This document shows positions 11,439 to 28,315 of a stretch of 46,877 bases of DNA, in pieces. Under the pieces are notes generated by a model. It was not told where the DNA came from. It was given only the letters and a program-made list of their open reading frames with translations, and searched no databases. The stretch's first letter is position 1. Each line of letters starts with the position of its first letter. The translations under genes were made by a program, and so were the position numbers. The stretch covers positions 387,421 through 434,297 of the forward strand of contig WELB01000017.1 of assembly GCA_009602725.1 (NCBI GenBank), in the 5' to 3' direction. The stretch is from Spirogloea muscicola (Eukaryota).

Positions 11439-13451
11439 TAGAGAGCCCTCGCTGCTGCCTCTGGCTCTGGCCAGGAGACCCACTTCCAGGAGCCTAGCAT
11501 CTCCAATCTGCGGCTGCTTAAGCAGGGGTTACTGAGTAATTCGTAGCTGCTTTGTTTCTTCTTGTGCTTGTTTTTCTTAGCGCTTCCCCTGGCCCCCTTC
11601 TCGTACATTTTCAATGTTTTTGGGCTGGTTTTCCAGCCCCTATCCTCAATGGGCGAGCACTTTCTTCATTTTCACAGCCCTTGCCCCCATTGGGAGAGCC
11701 ACTTCTCCAGACCACCGAGCCACTGACCCGCTACCCGAAGACTAGATTTCTCTGACCTGCGGCTGCTCAACACCCAGTGGCAGTTGAGTCGGTGTGCTTT
11801 GACGCATTTCTGGCCCCTTCGAACTTTTTTCATTCTTGTTCCTGGGTTGGTCAATCACGGCCATCGCCCAATCACAGCCATCTACTGGAAGAGTCTTTCT
11901 TCTTTTGAGCTGGCCTTCCTTTTTGACCTGCAGCTGCTCAACAAGGGATACTGAGCATCCAGTGGTCATATAAGTTGCAGTATGCTTTGGCTTGCTGACG
12001 TCATCGCGATTAGTATCTTGCTTTTTGCGCCATCCGGCCCTTTCAGACCTTATCCATATCTTTGGGCTGGCCTCTCACAGCTACTGCTGTCAATTTGGAA
12101 GCGCTGATTCTTTAGCGCTTTCTGGCCCCTTTGAAGTTTGTTCACACTTTTTTCTGGGCTGGCCAACCACAGCCATCGCCCATCACTGGAAGAGTCTTTC
12201 GCTTTATCTTTCTTCTGCCTTCTTCCTTCATTCTTTTTACTTCCACTGGGATATAGCACCTAGTGGCCACTTAAGTCGCTGTGTACTTTGACGCCATTCT
12301 GACCCCTTCGAACTTGTTCAATCATATTCTGGGCTGGCCATCACAGCCATCGCCCTCTACTGGAAGAGTCTGTCTTTATTTTCTGGGCTGGCCAGTCAAA
12401 ACCCTCGCGCCCTTCGGAAGAGCGAGCTTACTTTTCACTGTCCTCGCCCCCTTTCAGATGAGCTTAAATTCTTCTTTCTTTCCCAGCCATCCCCCCCTTC
12501 CTGCCAGCGGCAGTCGACACCTTCGGACATACAATCTTGTCCTGTGTTGTGGACAGATTGTAGTGCTACTTAGCTCAGCTCACAGTCAGGACGACTTGGG
12601 TTTGCTGTTGACCATCCAGATCTTGGTCTTGTGCATTCTGTTTGAATCAGGAGAACTGATCAATATCGATACTCATGTCTCACATGGAGCGATTACAACG
12701 TTGGTACGCCCGCTAGTGCTTCGCTCGCATAAGTACAAGGATCATGATGACAAGTTGGCTTTTGCCACATGCGGGGCTGCCGAATTAGAAAAGCTATGAT
12801 GTGAGGGGCCAGCAAGCCATGACTTGAGGGGCCAGCTAAAAATGATGGACAATGAGGAGAGCACGTTCTCCTTCGGCCCATGTGGACCTTGTCATACTTA
12901 TGTGGACTGCCCACGCACAGCTACTATCCCCTTGCCTTCGTACTAGTCAGTTGTGGCCTTCGTTGTTTCTCATGCACTTTGGAAGGCATGCTACCGTCTG
13001 CGCAGCTCGGCAAGCGCCGAGGCGCTGCCCCGAGGCAGGCCAGCGGGGGGCGCCGCCATGGCCGCGGGGCGGCGCCCCTGCAGCCGTGGCCGCCCTCCAG
13101 GCCATAGAGTTCTTTCAACCCGAACCCCTTAATCCACCGCCCTGAAGCCCCTCGAGATCCGGTACCGGGGCTGACCGGCGTTGACCCGCCCGGGGCCTGG
13201 AGCGTGCAGGCGCCGGGGCCGTACGCATGACGTCATCAAGTACCGTTTGGCCTCCCCCCGCGCTGCGCGTGCGGTCGCCGCCGGTCCCGGCGGCGCCCGA
13301 CCGGGCCGGTCCTGCGAAACCGGCCCCTCTGTCAAATGGCGGTCCGATGGGACCGGCAGCGGTCCCGCCGGACCGGGACTGGCCGCGCCCTGGGGGACGT
13401 CGCCGATCCACGCTTCCCGCCACTATTCTCGCCGCGAGTCGCGCCGCGATT

Positions 13452-13483
<32 letters not shown>

Positions 13484-13524
13484 TGGCGCGGAGTGCCAGA
13501 ATCGCCGCCGCGCCAGCCGCCGCC

Positions 13525-13525
13525 N
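13525..13525. other. Single N, probable assembly gap (others at 24321, 30374, 39992)
   Basis: Sequence character changes abruptly across most of these Ns, and all lie next to GC-rich gene 5' regions. Confidence 0.8.
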
Positions 13526-13651
13526 AACTTAGTCCATTGGGAAAACTATTATCTTTTTTGTGTAGACGTGGCAACATTACAGAAACAGAAGTTGCACGAA
13601 GCAACCTCACTTTTACATACTCTGTAGCTAACACCAGCAAACTAGCAGGAT

Positions 13652-18454
<4,803 letters not shown>

Positions 18455-20197
18455 CCATAGTAGTCCTTAAGCCTGACTGAACAGTTCCGTACCTTAGCGC
18501 CAACTGGCTTCATTCAATCCTGAGTCTTAATCTTCCCAAGCCTCAGAGATTCTTAGGAACTGATAGGCAAGCAGGTGCCCAAATTCAAGTTCCTGGACAT
18601 TATTGCTCACACTCAATATGGACATGATAGCTCAATACTTCACTCTTGGATGATGTCGTCACAAGCTGGCAGCCATTTCCGTTGCCTTGGTGCGACACAC
18701 TGTAGTTGGCCCTGACAGGCATTGAGCCACTTTTGCTTGCAAAGTGACTCTTTATGGAGGGTCAAGCAGAGAGTCTCTTAGTTAGCAGCACGCATCACCA
18801 TTTACCTGGAGAGTGTGCATAGGGATGACGACTTGGTTAGACAGATGCAACCAGCATCACCTTCTCAGGAGCAGGCAGTACACATGCATGCTCATGGCCA
18901 CAAGATTGTGGCCATAATTGGCCTTTTCCCTGGGCCTGCAAGATGCGTCTTGTAGCCGACTTGACATTACTTGACGACAATACTGCATGGCTGCTGCCAT
19001 CACCGTTGGCCAGGCTAAGCAATCATCTGGCTTTGCTATATCCTGGTGCTCGGCTTGTGCCGGTGGTGCATGTCATCTAGTGCTACCTCGCGGCTGAGTG
19101 CTGGACGTGAATGCTTCCGGAGCACGGCATTGGGCGTCCTATGGATGGTAGCCAAGTTGTCCGCCTTCCTTGGTCTTCAAAGGCCTAGCAGATCGTGCTC
19201 TATGGGTTGGCTAGTTTTTCATGCAGTAAGTTGCTGTGCACTTCACAATGCTTCCAATGTCTACAGCTAGACTGGCCTCGAGGAGTCTGCTAAGTGCTGC
19301 TGCTTCTAGATTGAGAAACCACAGATGGACATTCCTCCATCCTTTGCATTTGTGAATAGAATGGCTAAGGAATGCTCACCATATCGATCGCGCAACTATC
19401 GAGATGCTGGTAAGAAAAAAGTTCGGAGATGGCTTGTCACATGAGAGGACCTACTTAAGTTCCGAGAGCTCAAAGTAATGCAGCAAGATCGCTTCCATGC
19501 CAGGAAGCACACTTTCATAGCTACAGTATTAGCTCTTACTTTATAACAGCAAGCAATTCACGAAGTGAAGCACTATACTGACACCGTATGACACCCGGCC
19601 ATTCAAGTAATGGTGGTCCTTAGTGGCACATTGACTGAGAAAAGGCACAATCACTAGAGGGCTTGCTTTTTGAGCTCTTCCTTTGACCAGGCTATGACAT
19701 CTGTTGTCACAGCTAGGTGCCAAATTGGCTCAGCCGTTCAGGCTCGGCTCAGCCACTACTTCGCCAAGCGCTACTCTGGTCAATGGCTTCTCTACCTGTT
19801 GACACAGCTTGAAGATTGACCAAGTACTGCAACGGTTCATGAGGAGGAACTTCTGTTGCCACTTTTGTGGGCTGAGCATCGCCCCAATTGGGAGAGCTAT
19901 GAATCTTCTTCCGTAAGCCTCGCTTTGTGCCGCCACGTTCTTTGCTTTAAGTTGTTGCCTGACCAGTGTACTGCCTCAGCTTGGCCAACCTTCTTACTTA
20001 ATTTGCACCTCGCAACTTCCTAAGAGAAAGAGAAAGCGTGGCCAGATTCCTAAAAGAAGTGGAAGAAGAAGCAGCTCTTCGAAGGGGGCTATTTTGCTGG
20101 CTTCCCACAGCCGTCACCCGTGTTCAGATAGAGCTTCCTTCTTTCTTTCCTCTCTCTTCTCTCACATTCGGCATGCTGCTAAACGCTTTTTTTTTCT

Positions 20198-20397
20198 TTG
20201 TAGGCCCCTCCGAAGCTTTGTCAATTCTTTTTAGGCTGGCATTTCGCAGCCCTTGGCCCGATTGAGAGTGCCACTTTTGACTCGGCAGGGTGACTCTCGT
20301 TTTCGGCAAGTGGAGAAGAAGTGGCACTCCCAATGGGGGCAAGGGCTGCGAAAAGCCAGCCCAAAAAGAATTGACAAAGGTTCGGAGGGGCCTACAA
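20198..20397. repeat. Tail-to-tail inverted pair of retroelement 3' terminal units (20198-20276 + and 20319-20397 -)
   Basis: TTGTAGGCCCCTCCGAA...GGCTGGC...CAGCCCTTG...GAGTGCCACTT and its reverse complement, with a 42-bp spacer. Confidence 0.85.
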
Positions 20398-20560
20398 GTG
20401 TGTAGCGTGCTGGCTTCTCCCAGCCACCAGTCAATTCGGCCGCGCTTTCATACAAGCGTGTAGTGGAGAGAGTGAGTGTCCGTTCGCAAATACTTAGGTC
20501 TTCCAATGTGGGACCGAGCAGTTTTACTCGGTCCAGTCTCCTTCCCTGAGCCAATTCCTC

Positions 20561-20637
20561 GCCGCCGCCGCCGCCGCCGTCGTCGTCGCTCCTGTCGTCG
20601 TCGCTGCCGCTGCCGTTGTCGCTGCCGCCGCCACCGC
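20561..20637 (+). repeat. (GCC/GTC)n trinucleotide microsatellite
   Basis: Seen directly. Similar GCC runs lie at ~13454, 13897, 16378, 29890 and 45308. Confidence 0.8.
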
Positions 20638-21133
20638 TGATACATCAGCGGGCATCGAGCGCGCGCTCGGACGTGCCAACAAGGCACGGGTAGGCGTGAA
20701 GGACCGGATCTGCCCTTGAGGAGCCTTCTACCGGAGAACTCCATCTACCGGTACTTTATACGGTGCATTGACAAGGCACGTTTGTTTTTTACTCGACTTG
20801 ACGCTCTGAACATTGTCTCAGAAATCGTTCAGTCCGCACTGTTTATTTGTATCATCTACAGAAGTTGCATTGTGTGCATCTTTGCAAGTACTAAGCAAAG
20901 TCCCGAATATGGCGTGTACAGATACTGTGACGTAAGTCCCGAATAGGGCGAACATTGTTACCGGCACTTGATACATTTGGTTACCTGGCACTGAGACGAT
21001 TGGTTACAGTGTCCGAGACCCTACGTGGTCATTAATCAACTCCAGATCTAGTTCATTGCACTGCTGTTGACTGCTTGGTGTCTTCCACCCACCTGTTTAC
21101 TGGACCGAGTAGAACTCGGTCCAGTATCCCATT

Positions 21134-21530
21134 GTATCCCATTGGGCGAAGGTTGATGGTTGAAGCAATGTCGGATATTGGCGAAGCAAGTAGTCGATGT
21201 GATGTTGTGCAGTTTGATGCTTCATCGTCAATGTCACTGCAGCCTATAGTACACTCGAATGCTGGCACCGAGTTGGTGGATCGGATGGGGGTATTCTACC
21301 ATGGTGTTATTGACTGGCATTTGCCACCAGAGGGTATTGTAATGGTAGAGTTGTTTGGTGGCACTGCGAATGGGTTGAAGGCAGCGTGCCAGAGCCACAT
21401 CAAGGTGGCTAGGTATTTCTGCATTGACATTGACGATGAAGCTCGTCAAAACTGCACAACATCACATCGACTACTTGCTCCGCCAATATCCGACATTGCT
21501 TCAACCATCAACCTTCGCCCAATGGGATAC
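21134..21530. repeat. ~110-bp inverted duplication of methyltransferase coding sequence (21134-21242 vs 21419-21530)
   Basis: The reverse complement of 21134-21242 matches CTGCATTGACATTGACGATGAAGC...CAATGGGATAC with a few differences. Confidence 0.92.
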
Positions 21531-22104
21531 GATGCTACCCCAAGACATTACCAAAGCAGCCCAGCCCGGAATCCTGCGCTGCTTTCCTCCAGTGCATTTG
21601 ATTGTGGCAGGTTTCCCCTGCCAGGGCTTCAGCAGCATGAGCAAAGGCCTGGGTTCTGCTCAGAAGGACACAGCTCATTTCATACCCATGGTTAAATTTA
21701 TGCACGCGATACAAGCAAGGCAGACCCGTCTAGTTGGATACATTATTGAGAATGTTGAACCTCGAGAAAATCAACCCTCGGCGCGGTTTGCTTTTACGAC
21801 CGTTTGCGACATTTTTGGACCTCCTACAATATCAGATGCAGCTTTTGTTGGTTCGCTTGCAGACCGGGTTCATTGGACGAACTTGGCACCGGCAAAGATG
21901 ATGCAGCGCTGCATTGACAACCAACACCGGCCTCCTGGACTATATGCCTATATGGCGCTAGATGCTGGAAGAGAGGTTATGCCAGTGTACGGGTCCAAGC
22001 GTGAGCACTACTTCATACAGCTAGGTTCAGAACGCGTCACCTTTCCAACTTTAATGACGACGGTGAACTCCGAGGCTTTCAGATCGCACTTTAGGTATGT
22101 GTAG
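21286..22104 (+). pseudogene. Intronless C5 cytosine DNA methyltransferase fragment (retrotransposon-type); +1 frameshift at ~21448-21451; 3' truncated
   Basis: Motif I VMVELFGG, motif II/III YFCIDID...DIT, catalytic motif IV IVAGFPCQGFS, motif VI IIENV, motif VIII-like HWTNL, and FPTL. Motifs IX and X are missing; a CRE-like 3' unit follows at ~22120. Confidence 0.85.
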
Positions 22105-24320
22105 CCTTTTTCGCACCTCTTTCTTTGGCTTGGGATATTGTCCATTCTTTTTGGGCTGGCTTTTGCCAGCCACTCTTCTCTATGGGCGAGCACTTCTCTT
22201 TTCTTCAGTCTGCACGCGACTTTGCCTGAACAATGTATTGGCTTTAATTGGCCTCCCTTTTATTTCATGCGCCCCGCGCGCTTTCTCTCTTTAGGCGCCT
22301 CTCGGCTCTTTGGACCTGGTCCATTCTTTTCGGGCTGGCCTTTCCCAGCCCCTACCTTCTTTGTGAGAGCCACATTCATTTGTATATTCCATCTCTCCTC
22401 TTTGGGCTGGCCTCTAACAGCCACTGGAGGAGCCGCATTCTTTCTTAGTCAAAGCCTTACATTGGAAGAGGTATTGCTGCTTACTTGTATGTTTCAGCGA
22501 TTATCGCCCTTTGGACTGGCTTCGGACTGGTTTGCAGGCTGGCTTTGCACAGCCCTCGCCCCTCTTGGATTAGCAATGATGAGCTTGTACTTATGGTTGT
22601 TTTCTGCGAACAGATGCTTCTGCATAGCTGTGATAAGAAACAGCTCTTCCAATATAAGGCAGTGGCTGTGAAAGGCCAGCCCAAAGGACTGTACAGGCTC
22701 AAGGGCCAAGTGGCGCCAAAAGCATAATACTATTCTCCAAGATTTCAGCATGTGGGAGAGCAACTTCTATCACAGCAAGCTGTGATAAGAAGAAGAAGAA
22801 GTGGCACTCCCAATGGGGGCAAGGCATAAGAGAGGAAGTGGCTCTTCCAAAGGGGCCAAGGGCTGAACAGTCAGTCTACAGCAAGAGACGTTTGCTTGCT
22901 TGCTTGTTTTGCAAGGTTACAGCGGAGGGGAGCTTAGTAACCCCGGGTTAGCAGCAGCAAACCGGAGTAAGTTGCAGCTGGAAAGAGAGAAGGCGCGCAG
23001 TGCGCATGCAATTGAAAGGGAGGCCAATTCTGGCCTTACTAATGTCCTTTTAACTGGGGAATGAGCTGGGTAAGGGGGACACTAACTTCCCCGAGTGAGC
23101 ACATGTATACCTGACAAGCTATAATGAGGAGCCAAACACAGGAAAGAGGCACTACGACGAGAACCAGAGGCAGCGGCAATAGCACGGCCTGCCCGCAAGT
23201 GCGCGGCGTGAGCTAGGATGCGTGTGTATTAAGAGATGGATGGGGCCATGTGTGGCCAAGTACAAAGGCAAGCACATTGACAAATGTACGTCACCTGCTG
23301 CTAAGCTGACCCGCTCAGTAACCACGAGTCAGCACATAGAGGTCGCTAACTGATGCCCAAATACTGGACGGCAATCGACAAGCTCTTGAGCTACCAGCTA
23401 AGGCTTGACCAGCTTTCTGATGCAACGCACGAGCCTGAGCTCGCTGCAAACAAGCTGACACTCGACGCCGCAAGAATGACAAGTAGGCTGCCTGCATGCC
23501 CATCTGGGCTGGAAGCATATCCTCACGTCGCGCATCTCCCAAACTTGCAACATTTTGCAGTAAGGTCTAAGAAGCGAGGACCCATGCAAATTAAGGTGTC
23601 AATTGCGACCGGGAGGAGGTGATCGGTGCGGGGGTAGTCAAGAGTAGTGTTGGAGCTTTGCTCTGCTCAGCACCTCCCACTGCGTGGCCAGCAATGTGCG
23701 TGGAAGCGGAACTCTTGTATGCCTCTGTCACCACCACATCAACCAAGGCTCGTCGGAAGGAGCTACCCGGCTACGTCGGCGGGCAGGTGAATGCCCGGCA
23801 ATGCCCTCTGCCCAATGTCATGTCTTTCGGCGCTTTTCCCATTCATTCTTTCCTTTATACGGCCCCCTACACATGGTCTTGCGATCCATGCGCACTCCTG
23901 CTTGAAGAAGGGCTCGCCCATTGAGAATATGGGCTGGAACAGCCAGCCCAAAAAAGAATGAACAGAGTACAAGAAGAAAGCGGCTGCTGATATGAAAGAA
24001 TCGGCTGTGAAATGCCAGCCAGATGCATACAGGTGTTCCTGACGGAGCCAAAGGCTAGGCAGACAGGCGCCCTCAATACCCCCGTGTCAGCAGTAGGAAG
24101 TCAGATGAGCTGAGGGGAGGAAGAGCAACCCCGCTGCGCAAGCCAGAGGCTGCTGCAAGGGCGCGACCAGCGCGGCGGTGCAAAGCAAGCGCTTGGGAGC
24201 GCTGCAGGGACATAGACAGTCGCATACGGTAGCAGGACACCAGACCCAAAGGCACCGAGCCACCGGGAAGGGCAGCACCCTGCTCCCGGCGCCGCTGGTC
24301 AGCTTGAGAGGCCAGCAGCG
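22105..24320. mobile_element. Second cluster of CRE-like 3' fragments and terminal units
   Basis: LLTRGY*/VLTRGY* termini at 22934(-), 23315(-) and 24073(-). Hairpin units at ~22130-22200, 22320-22440, 22640-22690(-), 22790-22870(-) and 23908-23970(-). Confidence 0.8.
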
Positions 24321-24321
24321 N

Positions 24322-27280
24322 CCGAGCTGGGAGGATGAGCTGGGCGCCCATCCAGCGGCGGCTGCGTTCCACGTGCCCTCGCATGATGCTGGGGCAGCGG
24401 CGCGGGATCGCGAGAAGCGCCGCCGGCAGCTGCAGCCCCCTCAGACGTGGCTGGGCCCGCCGCCAGAGCATGCGGCGGTGGCATCAGCGGCCTTGGCCGG
24501 GCGCCAGCCGCCGCTCGCCGCGCAGATGGAGCACCCAGGGCTGCCGTCCTCCCCCTTGGCCGGCAGCGGCGACGGCGGCCCTGGCGGCAGCCAGCGTGGC
24601 GGCAGCCACACCAAAGGCGAGGCGCTGGAGTCCGCTCTGGAGGAGGTGAATGCAGAGAACGAGAAGGACGATGCCTGCGGCTTTGGGTCGTCGCCCACAG
24701 CGCTGCTGCAGCAGCGGTCGTCCCCGACGCTCGAGAGGGCGGGGGCCGGGATGAGGAAGCCGTGGGACACCGGGGCTGCTGCTGGCGGCGGCGACGGCAG
24801 CGGCGGCGGCCGCGAGCGCACTTTGACGGAGGCCCGGGAGGAGGACAAGCGCGCCGTCACGGCCTTCCTCAACGCCGGGCGCTTTGAGGAGATCACACAG
24901 GAGCAGCTGCGGCCCAGCGCCGGCGCTGCATCGTCCCCGCCGTCCTCCCGGGGCAGCCCCAGCAGCACGACGTCGCCTGGCAGCAGTGGCAAGGTGGCAT
25001 CGCAGGGCAGGGCGGCAGCCGTAAGCTCGCCCGGCAAGGGCGGCATGGTGCAGCACCACCAGGGCCGCCTGCTGCCGCTGATGCAACGCCAGCCCCCAGC
25101 CCTGCTCCCGGTGCAAGGAGCGGGAGAAGGCGAGGAGGACGCATGGCCGCCGCTGGGGCGTGGCTCCGACGACAGCAGTGGCGCCGCTGTAACGACCTGG
25201 CAGCAGGACAACAACCAGATGGTCGTGACGCTGCCAGCAGCGACGGGCCCAGCGGCAAGCACCAACGCCCGCCGGTTTGAGCCGCCGCTGCTTGGTCCAG
25301 GACAGCAGCTGGCTGGCAGCAGTCAGCGGGTGCGGGCGGACATGGAGGACGTGACGGCGGCGCTGCTGGCAGCGTACCAGTCGCTGATCCCAGGCGAGGA
25401 GGAGCACGCTCGGCGGCGCATGTTCCTGGAGCGCCTCGAGGCCCTGGTGCTTGGCGACATGCCAGCCGCGTGCCTCTTCCTGTTCGGCAGCTGCGCCAAC
25501 TCGTTTGGCGTCCGGAACTCCGACATCGACGTGTGCCTGGCTGTGGGCGACGGCGTTGCTGTTGGCAAGGCCGAGCTCGTCACCCGCATGGCAGCCACCC
25601 TGCGTGCCGCTGGCATGCAGAGCGTGCAGGCAAGGCCCAAGGCCTGATCTTCTGACGCAAGTTGGCTCGTTGAAGCTGTACAGATTTTGCTGGCGTATGT
25701 ACTCTGCTTTCTGACTGTGCTCCTTCTTGTGCTGTGCCTACACAGGCATTGACGCACGCAAGGGTGCCCATTGTAAAAATTGTAGACCCAGTCACAGGCT
25801 TGGCGAGCGACATCTGTGTGAACAATACACTGGCGGTAGTGAATACTAAGCTCCTGCACGATTACGCGCGCATCGACCCCCGCCTCCGCCAGCTCGTGTT
25901 CCTCGTGAAGCACTGGGCCAAGCAGCGGCAGGTCAACGAGACGTATCGAGGCACACTCTCCTCTTATGCGTACGTTGCCCGCAGCACTTAACTCCTTTAG
26001 GTCCCAAAATAAATGAGGACTTGCAGCCTCAGTTACTGTTATCCTCTTCAGCCTGTCTGCCCCACCTTAAATTGGGCGAACTGACAGTGCCAGCACAAAT
26101 GTGCACGTTAAGTGCCAGCGGAAACATATCCTCCTCCCTCCAGATCCAGAGGGCAGGCTGTCCTTGACTTACGTATTGCTGGCCACCAGCAGCCGCTGCT
26201 GATGGGCAAGGCCTGCTGAACTGCTGGCTGTGCCGGCATAGCTTCTCATTCTAAACTCCTTCAAGTTCTGATATTCTGAGTGATCGGTTGTTGTGTCCGT
26301 TCTTTCATGAAGTCCTTGTCTATATTGTCCTTCTGACCATGCTCCACTCCCTCGTTGCTCAGGTATGTGCTGATGTGCATCCACTTTCTGCAGCAGCGAA
26401 AGCCGCCGATCTTGCCATGCCTCCAGGTAATAGAGAGACGAAATTATTAACAAAGCTTTCATGCCGCATGCTCTTGTACCTAGTATTCCTCTACTTGCAT
26501 GCAGAACTTTGCAAATGCTCTATTGAAAAGCTGACTGTCGCATGCGTGTTGCAGGAGATGGAGGTGACGTACAGGGTAAAGGTGGGGGATGTCGAGTGCG
26601 CCTACTTCGACCAGGTTGAAGCACTCCGGGACTTTGGATTGGGGAACCGGGAGACGGTTGGGGAGCTGTTGCTGGCCTTCTTTGAGTACTGGGCATTCCG
26701 TCACGAGTACAATCGGGCTGTCATCTCTGTCCGAACTGGCGGCTTCCTCAGGTGCGACTGGTCCAACATGCCGCTGCCAAGCGTTGTGCCGCTTTCCCAT
26801 GAAGTTGTGCTAAGTTAGCTGCTCCTCATGTCTATCTTTGGTAACAGTCTACTTTGACCAGACTCAAAGGGTGTCTACTTCACAAAAAGCAGAGCATGTG
26901 CTCCTTGCATCCGATGTCCAACCAATCCTAAGCTCTTGCCTTCACATTGGAACCCTGTGTTGAGATTCCCATGACATTGGCACGTTGAGATCGTGTCTTG
27001 CCCCTGTGCTTCAGAAGATGCTGACTGTCATGTCGCGTGTGCTTGATGTTTGCTCAGCAAGGACCAAAAGGACTGGACGAGGCGCATAGGCAACGAGCGC
27101 CACTTGATCTGTGTGGAGGACCCGTTTGAAGTCAGCCACGACCTGGGAAGAGTCGTGGATCGGAATTCCATCCGGATCCTGCGTGAGGAGTTCCACAGGG
27201 CCGCCAAGTTGATGCGCCACGACCCCTCGCCTGCGACGTCCCTTTTCACGCGCTACGTCCGTGATAGCGGTGTCCCTTGA
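24322..27280 (+). CDS. URT1: UTP:RNA uridylyltransferase 1 (TUTase), 5' partial. Exons 24322-25629, 25746-25969, 26363-26426, 26555-26751, 27058-27280.
   Basis: [18 protein letters not shown] (GS...DxD), [74 protein letters not shown], preceded by a long disordered N-terminus. Confidence 0.92.
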
Positions 27281-28254
27281 TAGAACTGGAGTTTGCTTCC
27301 ATTCCCCATGAGGCGCTTCATTCACGAGCCCCTGCTTAGTCCCACTATCACCACCACCATGCTAGCTTCATCTGCCAAGTGCAATGGTCTCCGAGTCCAT
27401 CTCCCTGCTGCGCCTGCACAAGCCCCCTACGTGGGAGTTAGCGAAAGATTGCCCTAGGGCTCAAGAACAAGGACGAGCGTCGGCAGTGCGAGAGTTCTTT
27501 CTCCGCATTGACTGAGCCGTCTTGGCAACTCCCTTATAACGTGGAGCCCTTTGGTCACTGGAGCTTCATCTGCCCCTGCAGGCCTACATAAACACCAGCA
27601 CTCAAATTTTACTTGTTTGGTTGCCAAGAGCTACTGAGTAGCTCCTTCTGGTAAGTTTGGCAACTGCTATATAATGGGCCAAGGCTACGGGATAACTTAG
27701 TCACTTTCATCATGCCTGCAGCCATTGTTGAGCAGTGTATTAATGAGGAACTAGCGAGGAATATCAAGTAACAGGATGGGCTCGAAGAAGACACGTGCCG
27801 TGTGTATCTGCATGCCTTTCGACCTGCAGTGATCGACTGCACAATGCAAGTTCAAAGGGCAAGCGCATTGATGGCAGCGCACCCTATGTAATCATCCAAG
27901 ATGTAGTTATCATGTGGGGACATCTATTCCAGCGCCCCTTGCTCATGAATTGGTACTTTCTGTCTGCCAAGCACCATGCCTGCTCGTCTGTCAATCTGCT
28001 ATCTGCTGCTGCTGCCGCTGTTGCTGCGTGTTTGCATACCCGGCACTTGAGTACCTGAGGACCCTCTAAGCATCAACAGCTCGCCTCAAGGGCCCGACTC
28101 AACTCTCAAGCACCTCGGCATATGCTCGGCACCTACATCAGTTCAGGAGCCACATGAGGATGCACATGCTGGTACTGCCCAGGAATATGCTAGTTTATCA
28201 TCTGACAACAGGCTTCCTCAGTAACTTGGCCAGAGGCACTGCTACTGCAGGATA

Positions 28255-28315
28255 TTGTCCATTCTTTTTAGGCTGGCTTTGCCAGCCACTCTTCTCTATG
28301 GGCGAGCACATTCTT
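28255..28315 (+). mobile_element. 61-bp stand-alone retroelement 3' hairpin unit with 13-bp flanking direct repeat
   Basis: CTACTGCAGGATA occurs at 28242-28254 and at 28316-28328. Confidence 0.85.

Larger units (their letters stand above)
6530..12480. mobile_element. Island of nested, 5'-truncated RLE/CRE-like non-LTR retrotransposon 3' ends in both orientations
   Basis: Recurrent C-terminal peptide RMRL.VSLQRS.A.ALH.RAGRALAAASG...LL[ST]R[GN]Y*, complete or partial, at ~6964(-), 7707(-), 8870-9002(+), 9100-9189(+), 9580(-), 10333(-), 10757(+), 11030-11060(+), 11220(+), 11443-11535(+) and 11925-11955(+). Many GGGCTGGC-containing 3' terminal units are interspersed. Confidence 0.85.

Noticed and set aside
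6530..12430. Repeated palindromic GGGCTGGC units resembling a CRISPR array or REP elements
   Set aside because: Spacing is irregular, orientations are mixed, units are linked to retroelement C-termini, no cas genes are present, and the context is eukaryotic.
13227..13236. Perfect ATGACGTCAT palindrome (bZIP C-box) upstream of the LRR-RLK
   Set aside because: A single short motif separated from the gene by a gap; function cannot be supported.
24178..24321. 489-aa ORF suggesting a retroelement-URT1 fusion
   Set aside because: The ORF reads through an N; the upstream part is antisense CRE sequence across a probable gap.
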